Assembly: GCA_965216965.1 (NCBI GenBank)
Contig: CBDCGX010000010.1
Coordinates: forward strand, 6,249-70,248
From: Spirochaetia bacterium
GTDB taxonomy: Bacteria; Spirochaetota; Spirochaetia; WTKD01; G963693115
Length of the DNA stretch: 64,000 bases
Direction of reading: 5' to 3'
The first letter of the stretch is position 1, and every line of letters begins with the position of its first letter. Under the pieces are notes generated by a model. That model saw only the letters and a list, made by a program, of their open reading frames with translations, ran no database searches and was not told the DNA's origin. The translations under genes were made by a program, and so were the position numbers. Of this stretch, positions 1 to 9,481 are shown piece by piece.

Positions 1-567
1 GATATTTCTAATGTTGAAATTATACGAAAGCCGCAGCTTGTTACTCTTATTATTTATACTTCTCGACCGGGTGTGTTGATTGGCATAAAAGGGGCTAATA
101 TAGAAAAAATCACAACAAAGCTTTCTAAATTTTCTAAGAAAAAGATTTTGGTTAAAATACGAATAGTTAATAAAGTTGAGGCTGATGCGCAACTTTTAGC
201 AATACATATTGCAAGGCAGCTTAAACAAAGAGGTGTGTGGAGACGAACGTTAAAAATGGCTATTATAAACGCCATGAAGTCTGGTATACAGGGAGTGAAG
301 ATAAAAGTATCGGGGAGACTTGGTGGAGCAGAAATGTCTCAAAATAAAATTGTAAAGGAAGGAAGAATCCCACTTCATACATTACGGGCTAATATCGATT
401 ATGGATTTGCAGAGTCTCATACAACTTATGGAAGTATTGGAGTAAAAGTATGGATATTTAAAGGTGAGCTTGTGAGAAAACAAAGAGGAGATGCTGGGCA
501 TTTATTGATAGGACAACATTTTTCACGAGATGGAAGACTAGAGAAGGGGGGAAGAGACGGTGCTTAG
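1..567 (+). CDS. rpsC: 30S ribosomal protein S3 (5' truncated by window edge)
   Basis: Frame open from base 1 ([18 protein letters not shown]); [36 protein letters not shown] motifs. Confidence 0.98.
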   Translation, partial: DISNVEIIRKPQLVTLIIYTSRPGVLIGIKGANIEKITTKLSKFSKKKILVKIRIVNKVEADAQLLAIHIARQLKQRGVWRRTLKMAIINAMKSGIQGVKIKVSGRLGGAEMSQNKIVKEGRIPLHTLRANIDYGFAESHTTYGSIGVKVWIFKGELVRKQRGDAGHLLIGQHFSRDGRLEKGGRDGA

Positions 568-979
568 TCCTAAGAGAGTGAAATTTAGAAAGCAACAGAG
601 GAGAATTAAACGGAGGATACAAGGAGTTGCTACAAGAGGCAATTCAATATCTTTTGGAGATTATGGTCTTGTTGTACTTCAAAGAGGATTTATAAGTGCT
701 CGTCAAATAGAAGCAACACGTATTTCAATTACTCGTTTTATTAAGCGGGGAGGAAAAGTATGGATTCGTATTTTTCCTGATTTTCCATATACAAAGAAAC
801 CTGCAGAAACTCGAATGGGAAGTGGAAAGGGAGGCCTGGAGAAATGGCTTGCACCTGTTCGTCCTGGTCAGGTTATTTTTGAGATTGCGGGAGTTTCTAA
901 AGAATTAGCAAAGGGTGCTATTCAACGTGGTATTGGAAAATTACCTGTAAAAGCAGTATTTGTAAGCAGGGAGTTATGA
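560..979 (+). CDS. rplP: 50S ribosomal protein L16
   Basis: [33 protein letters not shown]; operon order. Confidence 0.98.
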   Translation: MLSPKRVKFRKQQRRIKRRIQGVATRGNSISFGDYGLVVLQRGFISARQIEATRISITRFIKRGGKVWIRIFPDFPYTKKPAETRMGSGKGGLEKWLAPVRPGQVIFEIAGVSKELAKGAIQRGIGKLPVKAVFVSREL

Positions 980-983
980 TATT

Positions 984-1178
984 ATGAAAAATTCATTTAA
1001 GAACATGACTTTTGCTGAGCTTATTGCTAAAAGAGAGGAACTTATTAAAAAATTATATGATTTAAGAGTGCAACTTGTTGTTGGACAAGTGAGTAATGCT
1101 CTTGAAAAGAGAATGTTAAGAAGGCAAATTGCAAGGTTGCACACTCTTATTTATAATCATGACGAGGTAAAAGAATAG
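984..1178 (+). CDS. rpmC: 50S ribosomal protein L29
   Basis: 64 aa, LRRQIARLHT motif, position between rplP and rpsQ. Confidence 0.95.
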   Translation: MKNSFKNMTFAELIAKREELIKKLYDLRVQLVVGQVSNALEKRMLRRQIARLHTLIYNHDEVKE

Positions 1179-1179
1179 T

Positions 1180-1446
1180 ATGGAAAAAGAAGTTAAAAAA
1201 CGCCGCATATTGTATGGAGAGGTTGTAAGCGATAAAATGCAGAATACTGTTGTTGTTGCTATAAAGAGTAGAAAAATGCATACTTTGTATAAGAAGTATA
1301 TAAATACAACTAAGAAAATAATGGTTCATGATGAACGCGAAGAAGCACATATTGGCGATGAAGTGAAAGTAGTTGAGGCAAGACCTCTTTCTCGTCATAA
1401 GAGATGGAGATTGCTTTCTGTAGTTCAAAAGAAAAAACAGATTTAA
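1180..1446 (+). CDS. rpsQ: 30S ribosomal protein S17
   Basis: [26 protein letters not shown]. Confidence 0.97.
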   Translation: MEKEVKKRRILYGEVVSDKMQNTVVVAIKSRKMHTLYKKYINTTKKIMVHDEREEAHIGDEVKVVEARPLSRHKRWRLLSVVQKKKQI

Positions 1447-1459
1447 GAAGGAAAAATGT

Positions 1460-1819
1460 ATGGTATTTGTAGGTACAAGACTTAACGTAGCAGATAATAG
1501 CGGGGCAAAGAATGTTGAATGCATTAAAGTCCTTGGAGGCTCGGGACGAAAAAGTGCGTCTGTAGGTGACATAATAGTTGTAGCAGTGAAAGTTACGCTT
1601 CCTCTTGCTGCGGTAAAAAAAGGAAGTGTACAAAAGGCGATGATAGTGAGAGTAAGCAAAGAGTATAAAAGAGAAGATGGAACTCATATTAGGTTCGATG
1701 ATAATGCGTGTGTTATTCTTGACGCCTCGCTTAATCCTCAGGGGAAAAGAGTTTTTGGTCCTGTAGCACGTGAAGTAAGGCAAATGAAGATTGTCTCACT
1801 TGCACCGGAGGTTCTCTAA
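1460..1819 (+). CDS. rplN: 50S ribosomal protein L14
   Basis: [31 protein letters not shown]. Confidence 0.98.
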   Translation: MVFVGTRLNVADNSGAKNVECIKVLGGSGRKSASVGDIIVVAVKVTLPLAAVKKGSVQKAMIVRVSKEYKREDGTHIRFDDNACVILDASLNPQGKRVFGPVAREVRQMKIVSLAPEVL

Positions 1820-2128
1820 ATGATAAGAAGCAAAATTAAAAAGGGCGATATGATTAAAGTTTTGAGTGGAAAGGAACGAGGAAAAACTGGGAAAGTAACT
1901 GAAATTGATTTTAAAAAGGAACGGGTGTATATTTCTGGAGTTAACATAGTAAAGAAAGCAGTAAAACAAAAAAACAAACAAGAAAAGGGAGGAATCATTG
2001 AGATTGAAGCTCCTTTACATATATCTAAGGTACAACTTCTTTCTAAAGGAATGACATCACGTATTGGTTTTGTGTTTGAGAATGGGAAAAAGGTGCGATT
2101 AGCAAGAAAGACAGGAGAGCATTTGTAA
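1820..2128 (+). CDS. rplX: 50S ribosomal protein L24
   Basis: KOW motif IKKGDMIKVLSGKERGKTG; EAPLHISKV. Confidence 0.97.
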   Translation: MIRSKIKKGDMIKVLSGKERGKTGKVTEIDFKKERVYISGVNIVKKAVKQKNKQEKGGIIEIEAPLHISKVQLLSKGMTSRIGFVFENGKKVRLARKTGEHL

Positions 2129-2670
2129 TGGCAGTACAATATATGGAAGACTTGTATACAAGTATTGTTCCTAAATTGAAAACTCAGTTTGGGTATTCAT
2201 CTGTTATGCAGGTGCCACGCTTGGAGAAAATAGTTGTTTCTTCTGGTGTTGGCGATGTAATACAAAATAGAAAAAGAATAGAGAATGTTCAAAATGAAAT
2301 CACTCTTATTGTAGGTCAGAAGGCAGTTCCTACTCAAGCAAAACTTTCAATAGCAAATTTTAAGCTTAGAGAAGGTATGGCAATTGGAGTTAAGGTTACG
2401 CTAAGGAAAAAAAGAATGTATGAGTTTTTATATAGACTTGTGCATATTGCTATCCCTCGTATAAAAGATTTTAGAGGGCTCAAAAACAATGGGTTTGATG
2501 GGAATGGATCATATTCATTGGGAATTAAAGAACATATAGTGTTCCCTGAAATTGATTATGATAAAATTGAAAAGGTTATAGGGTTAAATATAACCTTTGT
2601 AACAACAGCGAAGACAGATGAAGAGGCAAGTGCTTTACTTAAAGAGCTTAAAATGCCTTTTATGAAGTAA
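2128..2670 (+). CDS. rplE: 50S ribosomal protein L5
   Basis: VPRLEKIVV, FKLREGMAIGVKVTLR, PRIKDFRG, FPEIDYD. Confidence 0.98.
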   Translation: MAVQYMEDLYTSIVPKLKTQFGYSSVMQVPRLEKIVVSSGVGDVIQNRKRIENVQNEITLIVGQKAVPTQAKLSIANFKLREGMAIGVKVTLRKKRMYEFLYRLVHIAIPRIKDFRGLKNNGFDGNGSYSLGIKEHIVFPEIDYDKIEKVIGLNITFVTTAKTDEEASALLKELKMPFMK

Positions 2671-2693
2671 GTAAATTGAGGAGAATATAAAGC

Positions 2694-2879
2694 ATGGCGA
2701 GAAAAGCACTTATAATAAAAGCTAATCAAGTTCCAAAGTTTTCTACACGAAAAGTAAACAGATGTAAAATGTGTGGAAGGGCAAGAGGATATATGAGACG
2801 TTTTGGAATATGTAGAATATGTTTTAGAAATTTTGCAAGCCAGGGACTTATTCCTGGTGTTAGAAAATCAAGTTGGTAG
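2694..2879 (+). CDS. rpsN: 30S ribosomal protein S14, short Zn-binding type
   Basis: 61 aa, CKMC...[15 protein letters not shown]. Confidence 0.97.
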   Translation: MARKALIIKANQVPKFSTRKVNRCKMCGRARGYMRRFGICRICFRNFASQGLIPGVRKSSW

Positions 2880-2890
2880 GAGGAAAAAGT

Positions 2891-3295
2891 ATGGCAATTT
2901 CGGATTCTATAGCGGATATGTTAACAAAAATTCGTAATGCATATAGGGCAGGACACACAACTGTTGTTGTGAGAAACTCAAAGATAAACAAGGAAATTAT
3001 GAAAGTGTTACAAAACGAAGGGTATATTAATAAATTCCGTGTAGAGAAAAGAGAAAACTCGGTATTCTCATTTTTGAAAATAATGCTTAGATATGACGAT
3101 AATAATAAACCTGTTATCCATGAAATAGAAAAAATATCAAAGCCGGGAAGACGTGTATATGCAAAGTATCGTAACATAGAAAGAGTGAGAAATGGATTTG
3201 GAACATATATTGTTTCTACATCTCAAGGTGTTATAAGCGATAGAGAAGCACGGAAAAATAAAGTTGGAGGCGAGCTCATTTGCTTGGTATGGTAG
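2891..3295 (+). CDS. rpsH: 30S ribosomal protein S8
   Basis: DSIADMLTKIRNA, ISKPGRRVY, STSQG, VGGELIC; ATG 2891 follows GGAGG. Confidence 0.97.
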   Translation: MAISDSIADMLTKIRNAYRAGHTTVVVRNSKINKEIMKVLQNEGYINKFRVEKRENSVFSFLKIMLRYDDNNKPVIHEIEKISKPGRRVYAKYRNIERVRNGFGTYIVSTSQGVISDREARKNKVGGELICLVW

Positions 3296-3296
3296 T

Positions 3297-3839
3297 ATGT
3301 CTCGAATAGGTAAAATGATTATTCCAATTCCTTCGGGAGTTGAAATTAAATATAACGATTCTACTGTTTCTGTAAAAGGACCTAAGGGAGAGTTGTCTCA
3401 AACGCTTCTGCCCGAAGTAGATGTTTGTATTGAAGATGGTGTGTGTACTGTAAAAAGAATAAACGATCAGAAGCGAAGTAAACAACTTCATGGGCTGTAT
3501 AGACAGCTTGTGTATAATATGGTACAAGGTGTTTCTGTTGGATTTGAAAAAAAACTACAGCTCGTTGGAGTTGGGTATCGAGCAGAAGTAAAACAAGCAT
3601 CAATAGTATTTAATTTGGGTTATTCTATGCCTATAGAATATGTTATACCTTCTGATGTTTCTATTTCTGTTGAAGGACAAGATATAGTTGTAGTACAGGG
3701 GATAAGCAAAGAACGAGTTGGACAAATTGCGTCTGAAATTCGTTCTCTTAGAAAGCCTGAACCATATAAGGGAAAAGGTGTGAAATATATTAATGAAATT
3801 ATACAAAGAAAAGAAGGAAAGTCAGCTGCTAAAAAATAA
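3297..3839 (+). CDS. rplF: 50S ribosomal protein L6
   Basis: MSRIGK start, VKGPKGEL, GVGYRA, PEPYKGKG. Confidence 0.98.
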   Translation: MSRIGKMIIPIPSGVEIKYNDSTVSVKGPKGELSQTLLPEVDVCIEDGVCTVKRINDQKRSKQLHGLYRQLVYNMVQGVSVGFEKKLQLVGVGYRAEVKQASIVFNLGYSMPIEYVIPSDVSISVEGQDIVVVQGISKERVGQIASEIRSLRKPEPYKGKGVKYINEIIQRKEGKSAAKK

Positions 3840-3852
3840 GGGGTAAAAAAGC

Positions 3853-4233
3853 ATGGTAAAAGTTAGAATTCCTAATAGAAAGATCTCACATAAAGTTGCT
3901 AAACGAAATAAAAGAAAGCTGAGTATTAGAAAAAAAATAAGAGGTATAACAGAAAAGCCTCGCCTTTCTGTATTCCGATCTAATAAGCATTTTTCTGCTC
4001 AAGTTATTGATGATAGTAAAGGAGTTACTATTGCGAGTGTTTCATCATATGAAAAAGAGCTTAAAATAAATAAAAATGTGACTATTGAAACGGTGAAGAA
4101 GTTAGGAGAAGTATTAGCGGTGAGATTGAAAGAACAGAAAACAAACTCTGTTGTGTTTGATAGAAATGGATATAAGTACCATGGGTTGGTAAAGTCTTTT
4201 GCGGACGGAGTTCGTTCCAAAATTAAATTTTAA
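3853..4233 (+). CDS. rplR: 50S ribosomal protein L18
   Basis: PRLSVFRSNKH, VVFDRNGYKYHG. Confidence 0.97.
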   Translation: MVKVRIPNRKISHKVAKRNKRKLSIRKKIRGITEKPRLSVFRSNKHFSAQVIDDSKGVTIASVSSYEKELKINKNVTIETVKKLGEVLAVRLKEQKTNSVVFDRNGYKYHGLVKSFADGVRSKIKF

Positions 4234-4251
4234 TATAAAAGGTGAAGATGT

Positions 4252-4881
4252 ATGTCAGAAGAACAAAAAAATGAACCAATAAATACGAATACAAATGTAA
4301 AAACAAATGTAAATGTACATAGGGGCGGTGAAGAGAGAAGAAGACAGCCAAATAGGAGAGGACATGGTCAACGAACGAGAAGAACAGAAAGAAAGGAAGT
4401 AGACCAAGAGTTTATAGAAAATCTTGTATGCGTTAATCGTGTTACAAAAGTCCTTAAGGGAGGAAGACGGTTTTCATTTGCTTCTCTTGTAGTTGTTGGG
4501 AACAAGAAAGGAAAGGTAGGATATGGTTTGGGAAAGGCAAGTGATGTTTCAGAATCTATCCGTAAAGCTGTAAGTTGTGCAAAGAAAAATATTATTGAAG
4601 TTGTTATGTATAAACATACAATACCATATTGGGTACAAGGGAAATCTGATAAGTCTGTTGTTTTGATAAAGCCCGCTGCTCCAGGTACTGGAATTATTGC
4701 TGGTGGTGCAGTTCGTATTATCTTAGAAATGGCGGGATATAGCGATATTCTTTCAAAATCATTAGGATCTCGTAATTCAATAAATATGATAAAAGCAACA
4801 TTTGACGGGTTACAACAACTATTTTCTCCGCGAGATATTTCAAAAACTCGTGGTAAAACGCTAAAAAATCTTTGGAGTTAA
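4252..4881 (+). CDS. rpsE: 30S ribosomal protein S5 (Arg-rich N-terminal extension)
   Basis: NRVTKVLKGGRRFSF, PAAPGTGIIAGG, KSLGS. Confidence 0.98.
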   Translation: MSEEQKNEPINTNTNVKTNVNVHRGGEERRRQPNRRGHGQRTRRTERKEVDQEFIENLVCVNRVTKVLKGGRRFSFASLVVVGNKKGKVGYGLGKASDVSESIRKAVSCAKKNIIEVVMYKHTIPYWVQGKSDKSVVLIKPAAPGTGIIAGGAVRIILEMAGYSDILSKSLGSRNSINMIKATFDGLQQLFSPRDISKTRGKTLKNLWS

Positions 4882-4884
4882 TGT

Positions 4885-5067
4885 ATGAATAAAGTAAAAG
4901 TAACATTGGTTAAAAGTTATTTTGGAAGGTCTCCTTCACAGACTGCAACTTTGCATGCACTTGGATTGACTAAATTAAACAGATCTCGTATCCATATTTC
5001 TAATAACTCTATTAAAGGAATGATTAATAGAGTGCAGCATCTTATAAAAGTTGAGGAGATATCATGA
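4885..5067 (+). CDS. rpmD: 50S ribosomal protein L30
   Basis: 60 aa, [23 protein letters not shown]. Confidence 0.95.
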   Translation: MNKVKVTLVKSYFGRSPSQTATLHALGLTKLNRSRIHISNNSIKGMINRVQHLIKVEEIS

Positions 5068-5570
5068 ATATTTATGTTCCAAAAGGTGCAACAAAGCAAA
5101 GAAAAAGAGTAGGTCGTGGTCCTGGAAGTGGTTGGGGCTGTACTGCGGGTCGAGGTACTAAGGGACAAAAATCTCGTTCTGGAGGGGGAGTTCGACCTGG
5201 ATTTGAAGGGGGACAAATGCCCCTTTATAGGAGAATACCTCGTAGAGGATTTTCTAATTATCCTTTTAAGCGGAAGCCTGTAATTATCTCTATTGCTATA
5301 ATAAAGGATTCTTTTTCTAGTGGTGATGAAGTTTCTTTAAAGACGCTTTCTGAAAAAAATATAATTAAAAAAACAGATGATTTTGTTAAAATATTGGGGA
5401 ATGAACCCATTGACAAGGCTCTTACTTTTTTGGATGATGTTTATGTTTCTAAGACGGTATATAATTCTATAATTTCTGCAGGCGGGTCGGCTAAAAAAGT
5501 TCCTTGTTCTTTGGAGAAAGAAAAATTAAAAAATAAAAAAGATACTGAGAACAAAGGAGACAATGCATAA
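5064..5570 (+). CDS. rplO: 50S ribosomal protein L15
   Basis: [26 protein letters not shown]. Confidence 0.98.
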   Translation: MNIYVPKGATKQRKRVGRGPGSGWGCTAGRGTKGQKSRSGGGVRPGFEGGQMPLYRRIPRRGFSNYPFKRKPVIISIAIIKDSFSSGDEVSLKTLSEKNIIKKTDDFVKILGNEPIDKALTFLDDVYVSKTVYNSIISAGGSAKKVPCSLEKEKLKNKKDTENKGDNA

Positions 5571-6886
5571 TGAATTTGAGATCAATTTTCACAATAAAAG
5601 AACTACGCCAAAGAGTTTTATTTACTCTTGGTATTCTTATGATCTTTCGTTTGGGGGTTGTAATACCTATTCCAGGAATTAATCTTGATGCACTCAATGA
5701 ATATTTTTTAAGACAACAATCTGGAGTGGCAACTTCATTAATAAGTTATCTTGATTTTTTTGCGGGCGGGGCATTTTCGAGGTTTTCTATATTTATGCTT
5801 GGTGTTATGCCATATATAACTACATCTATCATTGTGCAGTTGCTTACTGTTTCATTTCCATCTATTAAGAAAATATATGAAATGGAAGGTGGAAGAAGAA
5901 GAATGCAAAAATATACTCGATATGCAACGGTAATTGTGGCAATAGTACAATCTTTTGTAGTTACAATATATGCACGTTCCATTTCTGATGCAATTACATT
6001 GCCTTTTCTTCAGTATTCTATTATTGCAATGCTTACTGTTACTACAGGTACTATGTTCTTACTTTGGTTAGGAGAACAAATCAACCTAAGAGGAATTGGG
6101 AATGGTGTTTCTCTTATTATATTTGCTGGTATAGTAGCAAGAATGCCGCAGGCTATTTTCTCGCTTATGAGGCTTATACGAAATGGGCAACTTAATCCTA
6201 TTTATTTCTTATTTGTATTTGTTTTATTTACTGGAGTAGTTGCTCTTGTTGTTATAGAACAAAAAGGACAGAGGCGTATACCTGTTTATTATGCAAAAAG
6301 AGTTGTTGGAAGAAAGATGTATGGTGCTCAGAATACATACATACCATTTCGAATAAATCCTTCTGGAGTTATACCCGTTATTTTTGCGTCATCACTTATG
6401 ACGTTCCCCTTACAGATATTACAAGGGCTTGGTTCAAATGCTCCATTGCTTTCAAAAGCACTCTATTGGTTTCGTCCAACTGGGTGGCTATACATAGTAA
6501 TGTATGTTGTGCTTATATTGTTCTTTGCATATTTTTATACACAAGTAACGCTTAATCCTATAGAGATATCAAAAAATATAAGAGAAAATGGAGGAACTAT
6601 ACCAGGAGTAAGGAGTGAAAATATAGAAGTATATCTTATGCAGGTTCTTAATAGGATAATTCTTCCAGGGGGGCTGTTTTTAGCTTTTATAGCTGTTATT
6701 CCAACGCTTATACAGAACTTTCTAGGATTTCCTCCGCAAACGGCATATCTTTTGGGAGGTACATCTATGCTTATTTTAGTTGGTGTTGATTTAGATTTAA
6801 TGTCTCAAATGGATGCAAGCCAGAGAATGCATCACCAAGGGGGACATTCAAAATCAAAAGGTATTATTAAAGGAAGAAATTTATAA
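5570..6886 (+). CDS. secY: Preprotein translocase subunit SecY
   Basis: LGVMPYITTSII, GIGNGVSLIIF, GVIPVIFA, GGTSMLI; multi-TM. Confidence 0.98.
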   Translation: MNLRSIFTIKELRQRVLFTLGILMIFRLGVVIPIPGINLDALNEYFLRQQSGVATSLISYLDFFAGGAFSRFSIFMLGVMPYITTSIIVQLLTVSFPSIKKIYEMEGGRRRMQKYTRYATVIVAIVQSFVVTIYARSISDAITLPFLQYSIIAMLTVTTGTMFLLWLGEQINLRGIGNGVSLIIFAGIVARMPQAIFSLMRLIRNGQLNPIYFLFVFVLFTGVVALVVIEQKGQRRIPVYYAKRVVGRKMYGAQNTYIPFRINPSGVIPVIFASSLMTFPLQILQGLGSNAPLLSKALYWFRPTGWLYIVMYVVLILFFAYFYTQVTLNPIEISKNIRENGGTIPGVRSENIEVYLMQVLNRIILPGGLFLAFIAVIPTLIQNFLGFPPQTAYLLGGTSMLILVGVDLDLMSQMDASQRMHHQGGHSKSKGIIKGRNL

Positions 6887-6908
6887 TTGAAAAATATTTG
6901 GGGGTATG

Positions 6909-7022
6909 ATGAAAGTTAGAGCAAGTGTTAAGCCATTATGCAATAATTGTAAAATTATAAGAAGAAAAGGCATCTTACGGGTGATATGTAAAAACCCTAA
7001 GTGTAAGCAAAGACAGAGGTAG
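6909..7022 (+). CDS. rpmJ: 50S ribosomal protein L36 (not in ORF track)
   Basis: Hand translation: [37 protein letters not shown]. Confidence 0.96.
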   Translation: MKVRASVKPLCNNCKIIRRKGILRVICKNPKCKQRQR

Positions 7023-7026
7023 TGAA

Positions 7027-7392
7027 ATGGCTCGTATAGCAGGAATAGATCTTCCTAATAAGCATGTTAGTATTGCTTTGACTTATATTTATGGTATAGG
7101 AAATTCTCGTGCAAAAGAAATTTGTAAGAAGATAGAAATAGATTTAGAAAAAAAAGTGAATGATCTAAGTACAGATGAAATAAGTAAGATTCATAAGATT
7201 ATTGAAAATGAGTATGTTGTTGAGGGACGATTAAGAACGGAAATATCGCTTAATATCAAACAACTTATGGATATAGGGTCGTATAGAGGCATTAGACATA
7301 GAAAAGGACTGCCAGTACGGGGACAACGAACTCAAACAAATGCACGAACTCGTAAGGGGAAAAGAAAAACTGTTGCAGGTAAGAAAAAATAG
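7027..7392 (+). CDS. rpsM: 30S ribosomal protein S13
   Basis: [36 protein letters not shown]. Confidence 0.98.
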   Translation: MARIAGIDLPNKHVSIALTYIYGIGNSRAKEICKKIEIDLEKKVNDLSTDEISKIHKIIENEYVVEGRLRTEISLNIKQLMDIGSYRGIRHRKGLPVRGQRTQTNARTRKGKRKTVAGKKK

Positions 7393-7408
7393 GAGATAGA
7401 GAAATTAT

Positions 7409-7783
7409 ATGGCAAAACATAAAAAAGAAAAAAAGAACGTTATAAATGGAAGGGTGTATATACAGGCTACATTCAATAATACTCTTGTAACTGTTACCGA
7501 TGATGGAGGTGCTACAATAAGTTGGGCAAGTGCAGGAGGACTCGGGTTTAAAGGAGTGAAAAAATCTACTCCCTATGCCGCTCAAACCACAACAGAGGCG
7601 GCAGTAAAAAAAGCTCAAGACTTTGGATTAGAGAGAGTTGCTGTATATGTAAAAGGACCTGGTTCTGGAAGAGAATCAGCAATTCGTTCTATTATAAATT
7701 TAGGTGTTTCTGTGACGACTATTCACGATATTACGCCTATACCTCATAATGGGTGTCGACCTCGAAAAATACGAAAACCATAA
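7409..7783 (+). CDS. rpsK: 30S ribosomal protein S11
   Basis: [35 protein letters not shown]. Confidence 0.98.
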   Translation: MAKHKKEKKNVINGRVYIQATFNNTLVTVTDDGGATISWASAGGLGFKGVKKSTPYAAQTTTEAAVKKAQDFGLERVAVYVKGPGSGRESAIRSIINLGVSVTTIHDITPIPHNGCRPRKIRKP

Positions 7784-7821
7784 ATAGCAAAATTTAAACA
7801 TTATCTGGAGGGTAATAAAGA

Positions 7822-8838
7822 ATGTGGGAAAAACATTTATTAAAAGGCTATAAACTACCTAATAAAATATCTCTTGAAGTAAAAGAAGGAGATTCTGATT
7901 CAAAAGCTGTAGTGGCTTTAGAACCTTTTGAAAGAGGATTTGCAGTAACTATTGGGAATAGTTTGCGAAGAACGCTTCTTTCTTCTATTCAAAGCTTTGC
8001 TGTCACCGCAGTCAAAATAACAATATACAATAAGGATGGAGGGCACAAATACATTAATAGCGAATATGACTCAATTGATGGTATTAAAGATGATGTAATA
8101 GATATTTTTGATACTCTAAAGAAAATGAGATTCCGTGTTTCTGATGAAGAAAGTACTCATATCACCCTTAAAAGCGAATTTAAGGGCGAGGGAGAGTTTA
8201 CTTTAGAAAGCTTTGAAAAGACTGGAGTCGAAATAGTAGATAAAAATGTGGTGCTCTTTACTGCAATAGAGGATATTCAATTACTCGTAGAAATAGATAT
8301 AGAACTTGGAAGAGGATATCTTCCAGCTGAAGAAACAGAAAAAAGAATGGAAGAAGAAAATGTTGTTTCAGTAGATGCAGTATTTTCTCCTATAAAAAAT
8401 GTTTCTATTTCGGTTACAAATGTACGAATTGGGTATAGGAGTGATTTTGAAAGACTAGAGCTTTCTATTGAAACAGATGGGACAATAAGTGTTGTAGACA
8501 GCATGTCTCATGCCGCAAAGATAATGAAGGATATTATTACCCCACTTATTAATTTTGATGAGACACTTGTTGAGAGTGTTGTGGAGAAAGATAATACCCT
8601 TGTAGAGCTTGAAACAAAACTAAACCTATCTGTAGAAGAGCTTGAGCTTTCACAACGATCAAGTAATTGTTTAAGAATGGCAGAAATAACATATCTTAAA
8701 GATCTTGTAAAGCTTACAGAAAGAGAAGTTTCTAATCTACCTAATTTTGGAAGCAAGTCTATGTCTGAAGTAAAAGAAAAGTTGCGAACGCTTGATCTTA
8801 GTTTGGGGATGCACCTTCCTTCGGATTTAGATATATAA
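7822..8838 (+). CDS. rpoA: RNA polymerase alpha subunit
   Basis: EPFERGFAVTIGNSLRRTLLSSI, DAVFSP, alpha-CTD LSQRSSNCL..NFGSKS; no rpsD upstream. Confidence 0.97.
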   Translation: MWEKHLLKGYKLPNKISLEVKEGDSDSKAVVALEPFERGFAVTIGNSLRRTLLSSIQSFAVTAVKITIYNKDGGHKYINSEYDSIDGIKDDVIDIFDTLKKMRFRVSDEESTHITLKSEFKGEGEFTLESFEKTGVEIVDKNVVLFTAIEDIQLLVEIDIELGRGYLPAEETEKRMEEENVVSVDAVFSPIKNVSISVTNVRIGYRSDFERLELSIETDGTISVVDSMSHAAKIMKDIITPLINFDETLVESVVEKDNTLVELETKLNLSVEELELSQRSSNCLRMAEITYLKDLVKLTEREVSNLPNFGSKSMSEVKEKLRTLDLSLGMHLPSDLDI

Positions 8839-8862
8839 GGAATATAGAGGAGAGCAAAATAT

Positions 8863-9453
8863 ATGAGGCATAAGGTTGCACTTAAAAAGTTAAATAAAAC
8901 ACCAGCACATCGTAAGGCAATGATACGGAATATGCTCATTGCCTTATTTAGAGAAAAGCGGATAAAAACCACTCTTGCAAAGGCAAAAGTCTTGCGAAGG
9001 TTTGCTGAAAAATGTATAACGAGAGCAAAAAAAGATACCGTGCATAATCGACGTGTGATTGCAAAATGGGTACAGGATAAAATGGTGCTTAATTCTCTTT
9101 TTACTGAATTATCTCCCATGTATAAAGAAAGAAAGGGCGGATACACAAGAATAGTGAAAATTGGACCTCGTCGTGGTGATGGAGCGGAAACAGCCTATAT
9201 TATGCTAATTGAAGAAGAAACAAATGTGGAATCTCCTAAAAAAGGCAAGAAAAAGCAATTATCATCTCCTAAGGTAGTGTCTCCTGATAAAAACACCCAA
9301 AAGGCTACTTCATTATCTAAACAAACGAAGCAAAAAGAAATAGTTGATACAAAAACAAAAAGTATTGATGAAAAAAATAAAGGAGCAGAAGGAGCGGATA
9401 GTAAGAATAATGGTGAAGAAAAGAAAGAGCAAGATAATAAAAAAAATATATAA
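8863..9453 (+). CDS. rplQ: 50S ribosomal protein L17 with charged C-terminal tail
   Basis: MRHK, HRKAMIRN, IKTTLAKAK, GGYTRIVK, RRGDGA. Confidence 0.97.
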   Translation: MRHKVALKKLNKTPAHRKAMIRNMLIALFREKRIKTTLAKAKVLRRFAEKCITRAKKDTVHNRRVIAKWVQDKMVLNSLFTELSPMYKERKGGYTRIVKIGPRRGDGAETAYIMLIEEETNVESPKKGKKKQLSSPKVVSPDKNTQKATSLSKQTKQKEIVDTKTKSIDEKNKGAEGADSKNNGEEKKEQDNKKNI

Positions 9454-9481
9454 GACTATTTAGCTGTATGCGTTTTTAAAT

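Noticed and set aside
6887-7822. Missing adk/map/infA and rpsD in the spc/alpha cluster
   Set aside because: Known arrangement in spirochaetes; infA is present at 34017-34235.
1147-9146. Long antisense ORFs over ribosomal genes and rpoA/rplQ (e.g. 1147-1659, 8508-9146)
   Set aside because: Shadows of conserved sense genes; no RBS or recognisable motifs.
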